A stretch of 64,000 nt of DNA from a virus (IMGVR_UViG_3300029305_002828:1-64000), one strand, 5' to 3'. Positions 29,928-40,102 are shown, counted from the stretch's first letter. Translations and numbers: made by a program. The notes: a model not told the origin generated them from the letters alone.

Positions 29928-30914
29928 ATGTACGCCAGAAACAACAAGTATAGGACGATGAGAAGAAACGCTAGAAAGTATCAGCCCAAGCATCTCAAGG
30001 TTGATGCGACGGCTGTACGCATTCATCGCCGTATATGGTTTGAAGCATTGATGGTTGCAATCGCGACATTCTTTGCATCACTAGCGCTAATCCTTTGCAT
30101 TAATTTCACATCTCAGAATGAGATTATTGATTCACAGCCCCAAACTCAAATCACTGGAGTTTCCACTCCTATCAAATCTGAACCGATCGTTGTATACGAG
30201 GATGTTATCAGAGTAAGCAGTAGTTATACCAAGGCATTTGTCAGTCCATATGATGTTGTCACTGCTGATTATACTCTGGAAACATTGGAAGCGGAATTTC
30301 CAACTGAAACTATTAAGACCATAGAACCTGTAGAACCAACAGAACCTGAAACCAAACCGATTACACTACAGGATCTCATTGGTGATAATGTCATTAACTT
30401 CGGTGGAGCCACGCTAACAAGATATGATTTACCAAGCAAATATTATGGAAACATCGATTTCTCCAGCTTCCAACCATTTATGTGTTATACTGCTATTACC
30501 AACAAAAGCGCCCCAGCATATCATGTTGTAAATAGCGAGCAGTGTTACACAGATGAATATGGTCTTCGTCGTTATTCTACTACCTCTGATCAATTCACAA
30601 TTAATGGTCAGGACGATTACCTAATTGCTCTTGGTACATATTATAAAGAGAAAGGAGTAGTAGGTAATCGGTACTTGATCGTAACTGAAAATGGAATGTA
30701 TACCGCCAGAACAGGTGACGAAAAATCAGACAATCACACTGACGATATGCATATGTTTACAGTGCATTCTGATGGCAAATGTGCAGGTATTATCGAATGG
30801 ATTGTTGACTATGATAATCTGAACAGCACAATTGCCACAAGTGGTACAGTTACAAGAGGTGGACCTGAAGTGTTGAAGGGTGAGATCCTTCACATTTACA
30901 GCATCGACCAGTAA
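29928..30914 (+). CDS. Membrane-anchored protein with a putative cell-wall-active (3D/double-psi barrel-like) domain
   Basis: Basic N-terminus, TM, P/E/T linker, then GLRR...YLIALGTYY...VGNRY...TGDEKSDNHTD...IIEWIVD. Confidence 0.5.
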   Translation: MYARNNKYRTMRRNARKYQPKHLKVDATAVRIHRRIWFEALMVAIATFFASLALILCINFTSQNEIIDSQPQTQITGVSTPIKSEPIVVYEDVIRVSSSYTKAFVSPYDVVTADYTLETLEAEFPTETIKTIEPVEPTEPETKPITLQDLIGDNVINFGGATLTRYDLPSKYYGNIDFSSFQPFMCYTAITNKSAPAYHVVNSEQCYTDEYGLRRYSTTSDQFTINGQDDYLIALGTYYKEKGVVGNRYLIVTENGMYTARTGDEKSDNHTDDMHMFTVHSDGKCAGIIEWIVDYDNLNSTIATSGTVTRGGPEVLKGEILHIYSIDQ

Positions 30915-31005
30915 TATCTTAAAAGGGAGAGGACGTTTTGTTCTCTTTCTTTTTTATAAATTTCCACGTATTATTAAAATTAATCATAGAAGGAGGACAT
31001 GTACA

Positions 31006-31620
31006 ATGGATGGTTATCAAGTATTTCAAGTTATTCTAGATAACTTAGCTGTTCCAATTTTACTAGCTTTAGGTGGCGGTATCGCAGTCCTTGTAACTAA
31101 ATGGACTGAAAAGATTGGGAAAAGCGTAACTGTTAAAAATGAAATTGAGAGCATACAAAAGCGAATGAGTACTCGTCAAGATATTCTTAATACACTCCGT
31201 CCCACAGTAGAAGCAGCAGTAGCATCCAATATGCAACTAGCAGATACATTGCGTAAGAAGAATGGTAAACTAACAGAAGAAGATGTTGAATTATTAAATA
31301 ACTCTGCAAAAGAGTTAGTGCTTAATACTCTTCCTGATAGTTTAACTGATGATGATGGTGTACTACTAGATATCATTGGTGGTCGTGATCAATTGGATAC
31401 TGCTATAAAAATTATGATCGAGCAGTATGTCTATGAGTATAAAATTAAGTCAGCAAACGTAGATGTATATGGATCTTCTAATACACAATCTACTGGTAGT
31501 GTACCTGTACAAGGTGGGTATGCTTATCCTACATCAAATGTGATTGCTACCTATACTAGAAAAGGTAATAAACCAGAGTCAACTATGGTTAGTACTGAAA
31601 CCACTGAAGCTAAAGGTTAA
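31006..31620 (+). CDS. Holin-like (LL-H-type) membrane protein
   Basis: N-terminal TM, VEAAVAS, IKIMIEQYVYEYK; AAGGAGG RBS. Confidence 0.5.
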   Translation: MDGYQVFQVILDNLAVPILLALGGGIAVLVTKWTEKIGKSVTVKNEIESIQKRMSTRQDILNTLRPTVEAAVASNMQLADTLRKKNGKLTEEDVELLNNSAKELVLNTLPDSLTDDDGVLLDIIGGRDQLDTAIKIMIEQYVYEYKIKSANVDVYGSSNTQSTGSVPVQGGYAYPTSNVIATYTRKGNKPESTMVSTETTEAKG

Positions 31621-31624
31621 CTAA

Positions 31625-31659
31625 AATGATAGCGGAGCTAATTAGCTCCGCTATCATTT
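31625..31659. terminator. Perfect palindromic terminator
   Basis: AAATGATAGCGGAGCTAATTAGCTCCGCTATCATTT. Confidence 0.75.
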
Positions 31660-31719
31660 ATTTATTCAGGAATACCAAGTTTATAATTGATTAAAATAAA
31701 CAATAAAGGAGTTGATAAA

Positions 31720-34536
31720 ATGAAAATCGACATTCTTGATATTAATAAACTAATTGGAGTTAATAATCTACAAGAAGTTACATCTCCTAGACTATTTTCA
31801 AATAAAATGATGTATGACCCACAAGGCATTTTATCTAATGATATCTTTGGTATTTCTAAAGGAGATAGGCGTGGAACATTTGCATATGTTAATCTAAACC
31901 GTCACTTCATTCATCCTCATATCTATTCTAAGGTATTGAAGGATATGTTTAAGGGAATAATTTATATTGTATCTGGCCAAAGATATTATTCCGTTAAAGA
32001 TGGTAATTTAGTTGAAGATGAAGATAATGGTTGGACTGGCCTTGAAGAACTTTATAAACATTGGAATGAAATTAATTGGAAGAATAAGAAGTCTGATAAT
32101 GCTGTAAATAAACAGCTCTTATCTAATTTAACCAGAGATCAAGTATTCATTGATAAGATGATTATTTGTCCTCCTGCATATCGCGATGTTATGTTAGCTG
32201 GCACGGTTGACTCTTCTGACCATCTTAATGAATTAAATGATCTTTATGTAAAACTGATTCGTACTACGTCTTCTCTGAATGAGGGTGGTGTATTTGCTGC
32301 TAGACAGTATGCTACCCAAATGAAAGTTCAAGAGATTCTTGTTGATATTATGACTTACTTTAAGAATCAGATTTCTAAGAAGCAAGGTTTGATCCGCAAG
32401 AATCTTATTGGTAAGAGTGTAGACTATGGTGTACGTGCAGTTATCTCTGCTCCTACTTATAACAATAATCATATCAATGATAATATGATTGACTTTGAGC
32501 ATGTAGCATTACCAATCTCTCATTGCTGTTCTACATTCTATCCTTTCATTGAAGCGTGGTTAAAGAACTTCTTCACTAGAGAAATCATCAACGATCCGAA
32601 TATGATTTCATTCTATGATTATGATCTCAAGAGAGAAATCACTGCTACATTAAAAGATCCTGATATTCAATTCTCTGAGAAGAATATCAAGAAGATGATC
32701 AATGACTATTGTTTGAACCCTGATAATAGATTTAAGGTTATCAATGTTGATGTTGAGATTCCTAATGCTAAGGGAGTCAAGATTAAGAAAGCATCTATTA
32801 TCCTTAAAGGTAAAACAATGCTTGACAATAATATATCTCAGGTACTTAAAAGATCTATGACTGTCACTGATATATTATATCTTGCATGCGTAGATGTTTG
32901 TGAAAAACGTCATGTTATGGTGTCAAGATATCCTGTTGGTACAGATAAAGGTATCTATTTCAATAAGATCAGAGTACAGTCTACCACTCAGCATGTTAGA
33001 GTTATCTTCAATGGAAAAGAATATCCATTCTATCCTAAGATTGATTTTGATATTCCTCAGGATAAAGTTGGTGTTCAGTTCATTGATACTCTTGTAATGT
33101 CTAACTCTCACCTTGAGGGTATGGGTGCTGACTATGACGGTGACCAAGTTTCTATCCGTGGTATTTGGAGTGATGAAGCTAACCTAGAAGCAGAACAAAT
33201 TATGGATCAGAAAATGTCTGTATTAAACATTACTGGCACTAATGCAATGGTAGTTGCTAAAGAAGTATTTAACTCTCTTTACGAACTTACTAAGATTGGT
33301 CCAGAACCTGGTAAACATATTTCTGATATTGATCAACGTAGATATTTAGCTTTACAACCTAATGGGATCACTCTAAGTCTATTGACTGAAATGTTTGCTG
33401 ATACAGTAGATACTTCAAGTAAAGATAGAAACGTTGGTAAGCGTAAAGCTAAGCATAAAACTTGGGATATTATATCTGTACCTAAGGATCATTTCTTTGA
33501 AGGTTCTCCAGCTGTAGATCTTACAATTGGTAGATTCATCGCAAATAAATTTATGTTTGAATCTTGTGGAATTATTTCTATATTGGGGATCTTCAATAAT
33601 GTAATGAATAAAGGTAGCATTGGTGCAATCGATAATTTGGTTGGTCAAATTCTCATGGAGAATAAAATTAATAAAAAGCAGTTTAATAGTTATCTTGAAC
33701 ATCGAGATACTTTAGGCTACTGGCTGAATGGTATGCTTGCTCATACTATTTCTGAAAGAATGTTGAAACCTCTTCCTGAGATTGAAAAGAAGAAAGCTGA
33801 ACTTTGTAAAAAATATGAAAAGGAACTTGCAGAGGGTAATATTGATGTAATGACCAAGATTAGTGATGAACTGGTTGCATATGCAAAGGAAATTTTAAAA
33901 GGTGATCCTGGTATGGATCTCTATGACTCTGGTGACTTGGATTTCGGTAATAACTACAAAAACAATGCTATCTTGAAAGGTGCCGTAATCAATAAGATCA
34001 CTAATGAATATGACTTTATCTCTAGCTCCTTTATGGGTGGTATTGAAATTAAAGATATACCTGCCCATGCAAACAGTATTCTTGCAAGCCAGTATCCCGC
34101 ATCTATTGCAACTGCTGCAGCTGGTTATATGGGTAAGAAACTACTTGCACTTTTACAGATGATCGAGGTAGATGAACCTGGTACTGATTGTAGTACTAAA
34201 CAATTAGTCCCAGTAAAGATTACTAAACATAACTCGAAAGATATGCTGTATACCAACATTGATAACGGAAGCGGTCAACTGACTATGTTGACTAAAGAAA
34301 ATATTAATTCTTACATAGGTCAAACTGTTAGAATGAGATCCCCAATGACTTGTGTAAATGATAAAATTTGTTCTAAATGTGCAGGTAATCTTTTCTATAT
34401 GCTTGATGTCAAACATGCAGGTCTGTTTGCTACGCAAATTTCCCACTCTGCATTAAACTTAGGACTTAAAGCAAAGCACAATAGCTTGGTTGAACTGTTT
34501 ACATTTAAACCAGAAGAACTTATTGAAGATATTTGA
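31720..34536 (+). CDS. Multisubunit RNA polymerase beta' polypeptide (phiKZ/AR9-type, probably the virion RNAP)
   Basis: GILSNDIFG; KKQGLIRKNLIGKSVDYGVRAVI; catalytic GADYDGDQ; bridge helix TAAAGYMGKKL; RSPMTC...ICSKCAG; trigger-helix-like LNLGLKAKH. Confidence 0.92.
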   Translation: MKIDILDINKLIGVNNLQEVTSPRLFSNKMMYDPQGILSNDIFGISKGDRRGTFAYVNLNRHFIHPHIYSKVLKDMFKGIIYIVSGQRYYSVKDGNLVEDEDNGWTGLEELYKHWNEINWKNKKSDNAVNKQLLSNLTRDQVFIDKMIICPPAYRDVMLAGTVDSSDHLNELNDLYVKLIRTTSSLNEGGVFAARQYATQMKVQEILVDIMTYFKNQISKKQGLIRKNLIGKSVDYGVRAVISAPTYNNNHINDNMIDFEHVALPISHCCSTFYPFIEAWLKNFFTREIINDPNMISFYDYDLKREITATLKDPDIQFSEKNIKKMINDYCLNPDNRFKVINVDVEIPNAKGVKIKKASIILKGKTMLDNNISQVLKRSMTVTDILYLACVDVCEKRHVMVSRYPVGTDKGIYFNKIRVQSTTQHVRVIFNGKEYPFYPKIDFDIPQDKVGVQFIDTLVMSNSHLEGMGADYDGDQVSIRGIWSDEANLEAEQIMDQKMSVLNITGTNAMVVAKEVFNSLYELTKIGPEPGKHISDIDQRRYLALQPNGITLSLLTEMFADTVDTSSKDRNVGKRKAKHKTWDIISVPKDHFFEGSPAVDLTIGRFIANKFMFESCGIISILGIFNNVMNKGSIGAIDNLVGQILMENKINKKQFNSYLEHRDTLGYWLNGMLAHTISERMLKPLPEIEKKKAELCKKYEKELAEGNIDVMTKISDELVAYAKEILKGDPGMDLYDSGDLDFGNNYKNNAILKGAVINKITNEYDFISSSFMGGIEIKDIPAHANSILASQYPASIATAAAGYMGKKLLALLQMIEVDEPGTDCSTKQLVPVKITKHNSKDMLYTNIDNGSGQLTMLTKENINSYIGQTVRMRSPMTCVNDKICSKCAGNLFYMLDVKHAGLFATQISHSALNLGLKAKHNSLVELFTFKPEELIEDI

Positions 34537-34625
34537 TTATATATTCTTTAAATGAGGCACTGGGTAAATATAAAGAGCAAACCTGGTTAACTCTCTGATT
34601 AAATATTTACAAGGAGGAAGTACAC

Positions 34626-35402
34626 ATGAGTCAAGTAAAATTCAGTTCTGTGTGTCCGGAGTGCGGCAAAGATATTCTTCTATCTGCTGATATCCCCGAT
34701 ACATCGAAACCCTATCCGCGTGTTAGAGGAGGTCTTGAGCCAGTCGGGGATATTTTGGTTTATAGAATCTCTTCTGAACAGATCAAGGAATTCCTTATTC
34801 AGAAGGCACGTCATTATGTTCCCGATGTAATGATGACTATCGTTCCCCGATACATCGAGAAGAAACGTCGGAACAATAATGATCCTCATCGCTCTTATGC
34901 ATCTTTCCGCATTGCATTCTCCGATCATGTAATCGAAAAGAAACAGGACCTTGGTTGGTTCGGTAGCATTGGCGAGAATGGAAGCAATGTAAAGCTTCAT
35001 GATGGTATCATGAAAGGCATGATCGACAAGTATAAGTTCAATCTCAAGAATGTTGAGGCATGGCTGAAGAGCTATAAGATTCTTGAGAACCTTGAAGATA
35101 GCCGTGGTATCACTGAGCCTTATATCAATGATATTCGTCAGTTTGCAACTCCTCGTAGGATCATTGCTGAGAATAATGAACCTTGGATCATTTTCGCAGC
35201 TGCTGCTGAAAATATCATCAATGATATGCTAACTGATGTAAACACTGGTAAGATCAACGGTCGTATCCATATTCATGATATTTATCCCATCTCTAATGAG
35301 ATTGTTGAATTTGTCGTATACATTCATCCTTCTCAGATGAAGACTAGGGAGAATCCTCATGTACGTCAGATTCTTCTCGGTGAGAGTAAACCCAAGAAGT
35401 AA
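34626..35402 (+). CDS. Hypothetical protein with N-terminal CxxC
   Basis: CPECGK; AAGGAGG RBS; promoter motif at 34535-34547. Confidence 0.65.
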   Translation: MSQVKFSSVCPECGKDILLSADIPDTSKPYPRVRGGLEPVGDILVYRISSEQIKEFLIQKARHYVPDVMMTIVPRYIEKKRRNNNDPHRSYASFRIAFSDHVIEKKQDLGWFGSIGENGSNVKLHDGIMKGMIDKYKFNLKNVEAWLKSYKILENLEDSRGITEPYINDIRQFATPRRIIAENNEPWIIFAAAAENIINDMLTDVNTGKINGRIHIHDIYPISNEIVEFVVYIHPSQMKTRENPHVRQILLGESKPKK

Positions 35403-35513
35403 TATCCACAATAATCCCATAGATAAATACACGATATAACACAACAATTATATACGGCGTATTTATCTATGGGGACGCCTATAAATTATATTTATCATAG
35501 GAGGATGCTTATT

Positions 35514-35753
35514 ATGGCAACGAAAACTGGTAAGGTAAAATGGTTCGACGTTCGTAAGGGGTACGGTTATGTAACCGATAGCGAGGGTAATGATTTCTTC
35601 TGTCATTTCTCTGGTATCACTGAAGGTCGTCATTATACTGGTCTTAAAGATGGTGATGAGATCACCTTTGAAGTTGTTCAGGGTAAGAAGGGCGATCAGG
35701 CTGGTAATGTAAAGCTTGTTGCTCCTGAAAAGACTGAGCAGGCTGACGCATAA
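35514..35753 (+). CDS. csp: Cold-shock domain protein
   Basis: GKVKWFDVRKGYGYV (RNP1), DFFCHFSGI (RNP2), GKKGDQAGNV. Confidence 0.92.
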   Translation: MATKTGKVKWFDVRKGYGYVTDSEGNDFFCHFSGITEGRHYTGLKDGDEITFEVVQGKKGDQAGNVKLVAPEKTEQADA

Positions 35754-35832
35754 TCTAAACCATACTTGCTAAATATGAAGGAGGGATCTAATCCCTCCTT
35801 CATATTTTATTTTTATTTGGAGGATTTGAATA

Positions 35833-36063
35833 ATGAAACAAGTTATGATTGTATTTGAAATTCCTGATGATGAGATCATTGATCAAAGTGTTGTTCCGAA
35901 ACTTTCTCATTGCAGAATTAAAGAAGAAACCAAAGCAGATATGATCTGTTCTACGCCGGTAAGGATTATTGATAATCAAGAAATAGTAGGACAAGTAGTA
36001 TCAATTTTATCAGCATATAATATTGATTGGAAAGCCAAAGCTTTTAGAGAAGAAGTGTTATAA
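35833..36063 (+). CDS. Hypothetical protein
   Basis: GGAGG RBS, 76 aa. Confidence 0.55.
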   Translation: MKQVMIVFEIPDDEIIDQSVVPKLSHCRIKEETKADMICSTPVRIIDNQEIVGQVVSILSAYNIDWKAKAFREEVL

Positions 36064-36132
36064 CCGTATTTAATATCAACTCACTTATATATTTTAATTA
36101 TAGATAATATATGAGAGAGGTTGTGTTATAAA

Positions 36133-36570
36133 ATGCCCTGTATCGCTTACTATCGTGACGGTTTCCCTGCCTATAAGGATGGTGACGAGGAGAGGTTGTT
36201 TGGTAAGGATGGTCAGAAGGTTCTGAAGATCTGCATTGATCTCTGCCATCGTTATTTCAAGCATCGTGATGATGGGTACCCCATGGACCCTTCCATCACC
36301 AATACCCGCCGCCGTGACTATGAGACGTTCCAAGAGTGGAAAGAGGCTATGAAGCAGTGGCAGGATGAGCATCCCAATGAGATGGCGATCTATAACGATG
36401 CTATCAATGAGTGGAATGCCAAGGATCAACGACTCCTGCGGAAGCTCTATGGGATTGCTAAACATCGGCATCTCCGAATCGAGTGGGGAGCCCATGGGAG
36501 CTGTGTGTGCTACCCGGATCGCTTCTACATCTACCGCAAGGGCGATATCATCGCGATGGTTCAGTGCTAA
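36133..36570 (+). CDS. Hypothetical protein (GC-rich)
   Basis: Promoter motif at 36084-36095; followed by a hairpin; GC clearly above the flanks. Confidence 0.6.
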   Translation: MPCIAYYRDGFPAYKDGDEERLFGKDGQKVLKICIDLCHRYFKHRDDGYPMDPSITNTRRRDYETFQEWKEAMKQWQDEHPNEMAIYNDAINEWNAKDQRLLRKLYGIAKHRHLRIEWGAHGSCVCYPDRFYIYRKGDIIAMVQC

Positions 36571-36627
36571 CAACTTCAAGGGGTTCTCAGAAATGGGGCC
36601 CCTTATTTTTTACAAGGAGGAATAAAT

Positions 36628-37479
36628 ATGAGCGCAATAATGATGGATGGTAATGCATTAGCAAAAGCAATTAAAGCAGATATTGCTGAGAAAGTAAGTT
36701 CAATGTATAATAAACCTGGCCTTGCAGTAATTATGATTGGTAGTGATCCTGCTAGTAAGATTTATGTAAATGCTAAAAAGAAAGATTGTGAAGAATGTGG
36801 TATAAGGAGTTTTGATTATCCATTAGATGGACCTCAACTTGAACAACGTACCATTGAGTTGATCAGGATTCTTAATAAGGATAAGCATATTGATGGAATC
36901 TTAGTTCAACTTCCGCTTCCTCATTATATTGATACCAATAAAGTTCTATCTGCTATCATTCCAATTAAGGATGTTGATGTGTTTACTGAAACTAATGTTG
37001 GAGCTTTAATGATTGGAAATCATGATATTGCTCCTTGTACTCCTTCTGGTATTATGGCTCTTCTTCACTCATATAAGATTGATGTTGATGGAAAGAAATG
37101 TGTTATTGTAAATCGGTCTAATCTTATTGGAAAACCATTAGCAATGTTAATGACCCATAAGAATGCAACAGTGACATTATGTAATAGCCATACACAGAAT
37201 CTGATTGAAGAATGTAGAACTGCTGATATTCTAGTTACAGCAACTGGTGGAGGCGTAAAGGTTACTGCTGATTGGATCAAAGAAGGAGCAGTAATTATAG
37301 ATGCTTCTACTAATCGTAATGAGAACGGGAAACTTTGTGGTGATCTAATTATTGATGATGAAGTTCTTAATAAGGCTTCTTACATTACTCCTGTTCCTGG
37401 CGGTGTTGGACCAATGACTAGAGCAATGCTTATGTATAATACTCTATTTGCTGCTGTGAATTATAATGGTAAAAGATAA
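36628..37479 (+). CDS. folD: Methylenetetrahydrofolate dehydrogenase/cyclohydrolase
   Basis: PGLAVIMIG, YVNAKKK, GILVQLPLP, KDVD, PCTPSG, ITPVPGGVGPMTRAML. Confidence 0.95.
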   Translation: MSAIMMDGNALAKAIKADIAEKVSSMYNKPGLAVIMIGSDPASKIYVNAKKKDCEECGIRSFDYPLDGPQLEQRTIELIRILNKDKHIDGILVQLPLPHYIDTNKVLSAIIPIKDVDVFTETNVGALMIGNHDIAPCTPSGIMALLHSYKIDVDGKKCVIVNRSNLIGKPLAMLMTHKNATVTLCNSHTQNLIEECRTADILVTATGGGVKVTADWIKEGAVIIDASTNRNENGKLCGDLIIDDEVLNKASYITPVPGGVGPMTRAMLMYNTLFAAVNYNGKR

Positions 37480-37513
37480 AAAATAAGGGGAGCACCATCG
37501 CTCCCCTTATTTT

Positions 37514-38839
37514 TTAATAATCTAATCCGCGATCATCGAACTTAGCTTCCAGAGGTTCAACAAAACTTAGATGATCATTCAAAGTAGGAACGATAAATTT
37601 ATTAATATTCTCCCAAATAGGTTTCTCTTCTTTTTCCTTATAAACATCTTTCAAATTGAATGTAAATGAATCATCACCTTTAAACTTCATTCGATTCTTA
37701 TTACCTTCAATTATACCTTTATCTCTACCATACATGATGATAGTACGTAAAGGATCAAATCCATTCTTATGAGAGAAAACCATTTCAAATGAGATACCTT
37801 TAGAATTATTACCAGACTGATTAGAAGAACTCTTGATAGGTTCAACCATTACCATATGTCCAGCAAATCCATCAGATTCTTCAGTAAAGTCATCACCAGG
37901 TTTAGCAACTAGCTTAATGATGTTGAAAGGATAGAAGATCATAGTCTTGCCACCAGGAATGATCTCATCCTGTTTTAGATAATTCTGCTGTTTAGCAACA
38001 GGAGTAAAGGCATTCATACTCATGTTAGTATTAATATGATTAATACCATAGACAATGATGTTAGCTTCTTTACAAAGTGGAATGATATCCTTAAAGAAAC
38101 CTTTTAATGTTTTAGCATCACGAGCACCTTCAGTATTACTTCTCATCTTCTCTGCATCAGATGCTTCTTTAGTATTGTTAGGATTAAAGGTTTCATTCAA
38201 TACAGTTGTAATAGAGTCAATGATAATGATAGTCGGCATAAATACCATAATATCTTTACCAAACTCATTCTTGGATCCACTTGGTACCATTAACTGGTCC
38301 TTTAACTTCATCTTGTTTACATAGGTCCTTACGATCATTTCCTGAATTGTATCAAGACCTACAAGACCAGTCTTAATGAGGTATCGTTCAACTCCACCCT
38401 CTTCATTACTGAAGTACTTAGCAGGGAGTCTAGTAATATTCTCACATCTAGAAATATCAATTCTGTTTTCACAGTCATAATGAATTACATTAGCATATGG
38501 GAACTGTCGAATGATATTACCTGCAATCTGAACAGCAAGAGTTGTCTTACCTGTACCAGAGTTACCAATAATAAGATTGAATGTACCAGCGGCCTGACCA
38601 ACTCTAGGCTCCTGTTTGATAATATTTCCTAGTTCATCATGAATGTTTACAACAGATCCGAAGTAATAGTCAAACAAATGAAAACCAGTCTTATGAAAGG
38701 CTGTGGTAATATTTGTTTTGAACATATTCTTTTTATCGTTTTCACCTAATGCTACAAGTAGAGGATTGACGAGTTGTTTATTATCAAGCTCTGTCGCTAG
38801 CTTCTCTACAAGATCGGCGTCTTTCTTTTTTGCTGCCAT
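37514..38839 (-). CDS. recA: RecA/UvsX-like recombinase
   Basis: TGFHLFD, GNSGTGKTT, YDCE, IIIDSI, GINHI, IPGGKTMIFY. Confidence 0.85.
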   Translation of the reverse strand: MAAKKKDADLVEKLATELDNKQLVNPLLVALGENDKKNMFKTNITTAFHKTGFHLFDYYFGSVVNIHDELGNIIKQEPRVGQAAGTFNLIIGNSGTGKTTLAVQIAGNIIRQFPYANVIHYDCENRIDISRCENITRLPAKYFSNEEGGVERYLIKTGLVGLDTIQEMIVRTYVNKMKLKDQLMVPSGSKNEFGKDIMVFMPTIIIIDSITTVLNETFNPNNTKEASDAEKMRSNTEGARDAKTLKGFFKDIIPLCKEANIIVYGINHINTNMSMNAFTPVAKQQNYLKQDEIIPGGKTMIFYPFNIIKLVAKPGDDFTEESDGFAGHMVMVEPIKSSSNQSGNNSKGISFEMVFSHKNGFDPLRTIIMYGRDKGIIEGNKNRMKFKGDDSFTFNLKDVYKEKEEKPIWENINKFIVPTLNDHLSFVEPLEAKFDDRGLDY

Positions 38840-38954
38840 ATAGACACTCCTCCTTATGAATATTTGAGATTAATGCTTTATATTATCGAGTTCAGAATAT
38901 ATCATTTTACTAAACAACTACAAATATGATGGGGAGGTTAACCTCCCCATCATA

Positions 38955-39986
38955 TCATACACTTACTCTTGGAATAAAATTCGCTCCAAGATATACTGCT
39001 TGTTCCTTTTCTAAAATTAAGTTTCCCATTAATCCTTTAGAGAAACTAAATCCAAGTATGTTAGAATTTGTACATGGTCTGATCATCAATCTGAATTCCT
39101 CTTCAGATCTATATACATTGTCCTGATAAAACAGATGTTCAATATTATCGACAATATATGAGAATCCAGGATAACCTTTCTTTTCACCAATCACTTCTAG
39201 TTTATATTTGTTATTATGGAATGGATCAATGAAATCATCATAATCAATTAGTGATGATATACCTAATGACCATAATACTCTCTGTACAATCTTCAACTTT
39301 TCTTGATTGTTACAAATAACACCAACTCTATTATTTGTAAATATCTTAGGAGAGTATCCCATATCAAATACACCACGAATGAATTTCTGTCTATTCTTAA
39401 TAGTAGAATATACATATGAATCTGGAGTTACTGGATTTCCTTTGAATAATTGATCCCATGTAATTCTACTACCTTTAGGATCTCCAATAAATTTGAAGTA
39501 TACTCGACCATCGAGACCAATAGAATCAGACGAATAATCAACACCATATTTATAGGCAAATAGTTCATTTGATCCAGAGAAATAGTACGGTAAGTTTACA
39601 TGAGGATCATTAAGTGCTCCAAATGTTAATAATGCTCCAGCTAGATATGGATCTGGTGTTAGAGGTTTCTGTATGGTGGATTTAAATTCAACTGGATATT
39701 GTTTAATTTCCTTGAACAGATGATCTCTATGATTGATAGTCATCACAGATGTGATTCCATCTCCAATATATAATTGATCCTGATCTCTAACTGAATCAGC
39801 TCTTCTATCATTATAGATAATATGATTGATGATAGTAGGAGTATTAGGAAGATCTATACCAATTACTTTCAGTAAATTATTTGTGCCATATTCATATACA
39901 TAATCACCAGGAACTACATCTTGTAATTCCAAGATGCCTCTCTGTGTTAATATATTTATAGGATAATATGAGTTAGTACTAAACAT
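38955..39986 (-). CDS. Free-standing degenerate intein-like protein (Hint plus LAGLIDADG)
   Basis: ILTQRGILELQDVVPGDYVY (Hint N), DPYLAGALLTFG and RQKFIRGVFDMG (LAGLIDADG blocks C/E), VQRVLWSLGI (block H), YLGANFIP (Hint C); own RBS and terminator; no exteins. Confidence 0.7.
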   Translation of the reverse strand: MFSTNSYYPINILTQRGILELQDVVPGDYVYEYGTNNLLKVIGIDLPNTPTIINHIIYNDRRADSVRDQDQLYIGDGITSVMTINHRDHLFKEIKQYPVEFKSTIQKPLTPDPYLAGALLTFGALNDPHVNLPYYFSGSNELFAYKYGVDYSSDSIGLDGRVYFKFIGDPKGSRITWDQLFKGNPVTPDSYVYSTIKNRQKFIRGVFDMGYSPKIFTNNRVGVICNNQEKLKIVQRVLWSLGISSLIDYDDFIDPFHNNKYKLEVIGEKKGYPGFSYIVDNIEHLFYQDNVYRSEEEFRLMIRPCTNSNILGFSFSKGLMGNLILEKEQAVYLGANFIPRVSV

Positions 39987-40102
39987 ATTTTACACCTCCA
40001 AAAATATTATTCTATTGAATATTGGTCCAAATATTATCCATAGATTATTCTAAACAAGCCTATTAAAGTGGGAAAAAGAACTTATTAAGGAGGAATCTCG
40101 TT

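Noticed and set aside
37514-39986. Intein-split recA
   Set aside because: RecA is complete in its own ORF and separated from the intein-like gene by a terminator and promoter motif.
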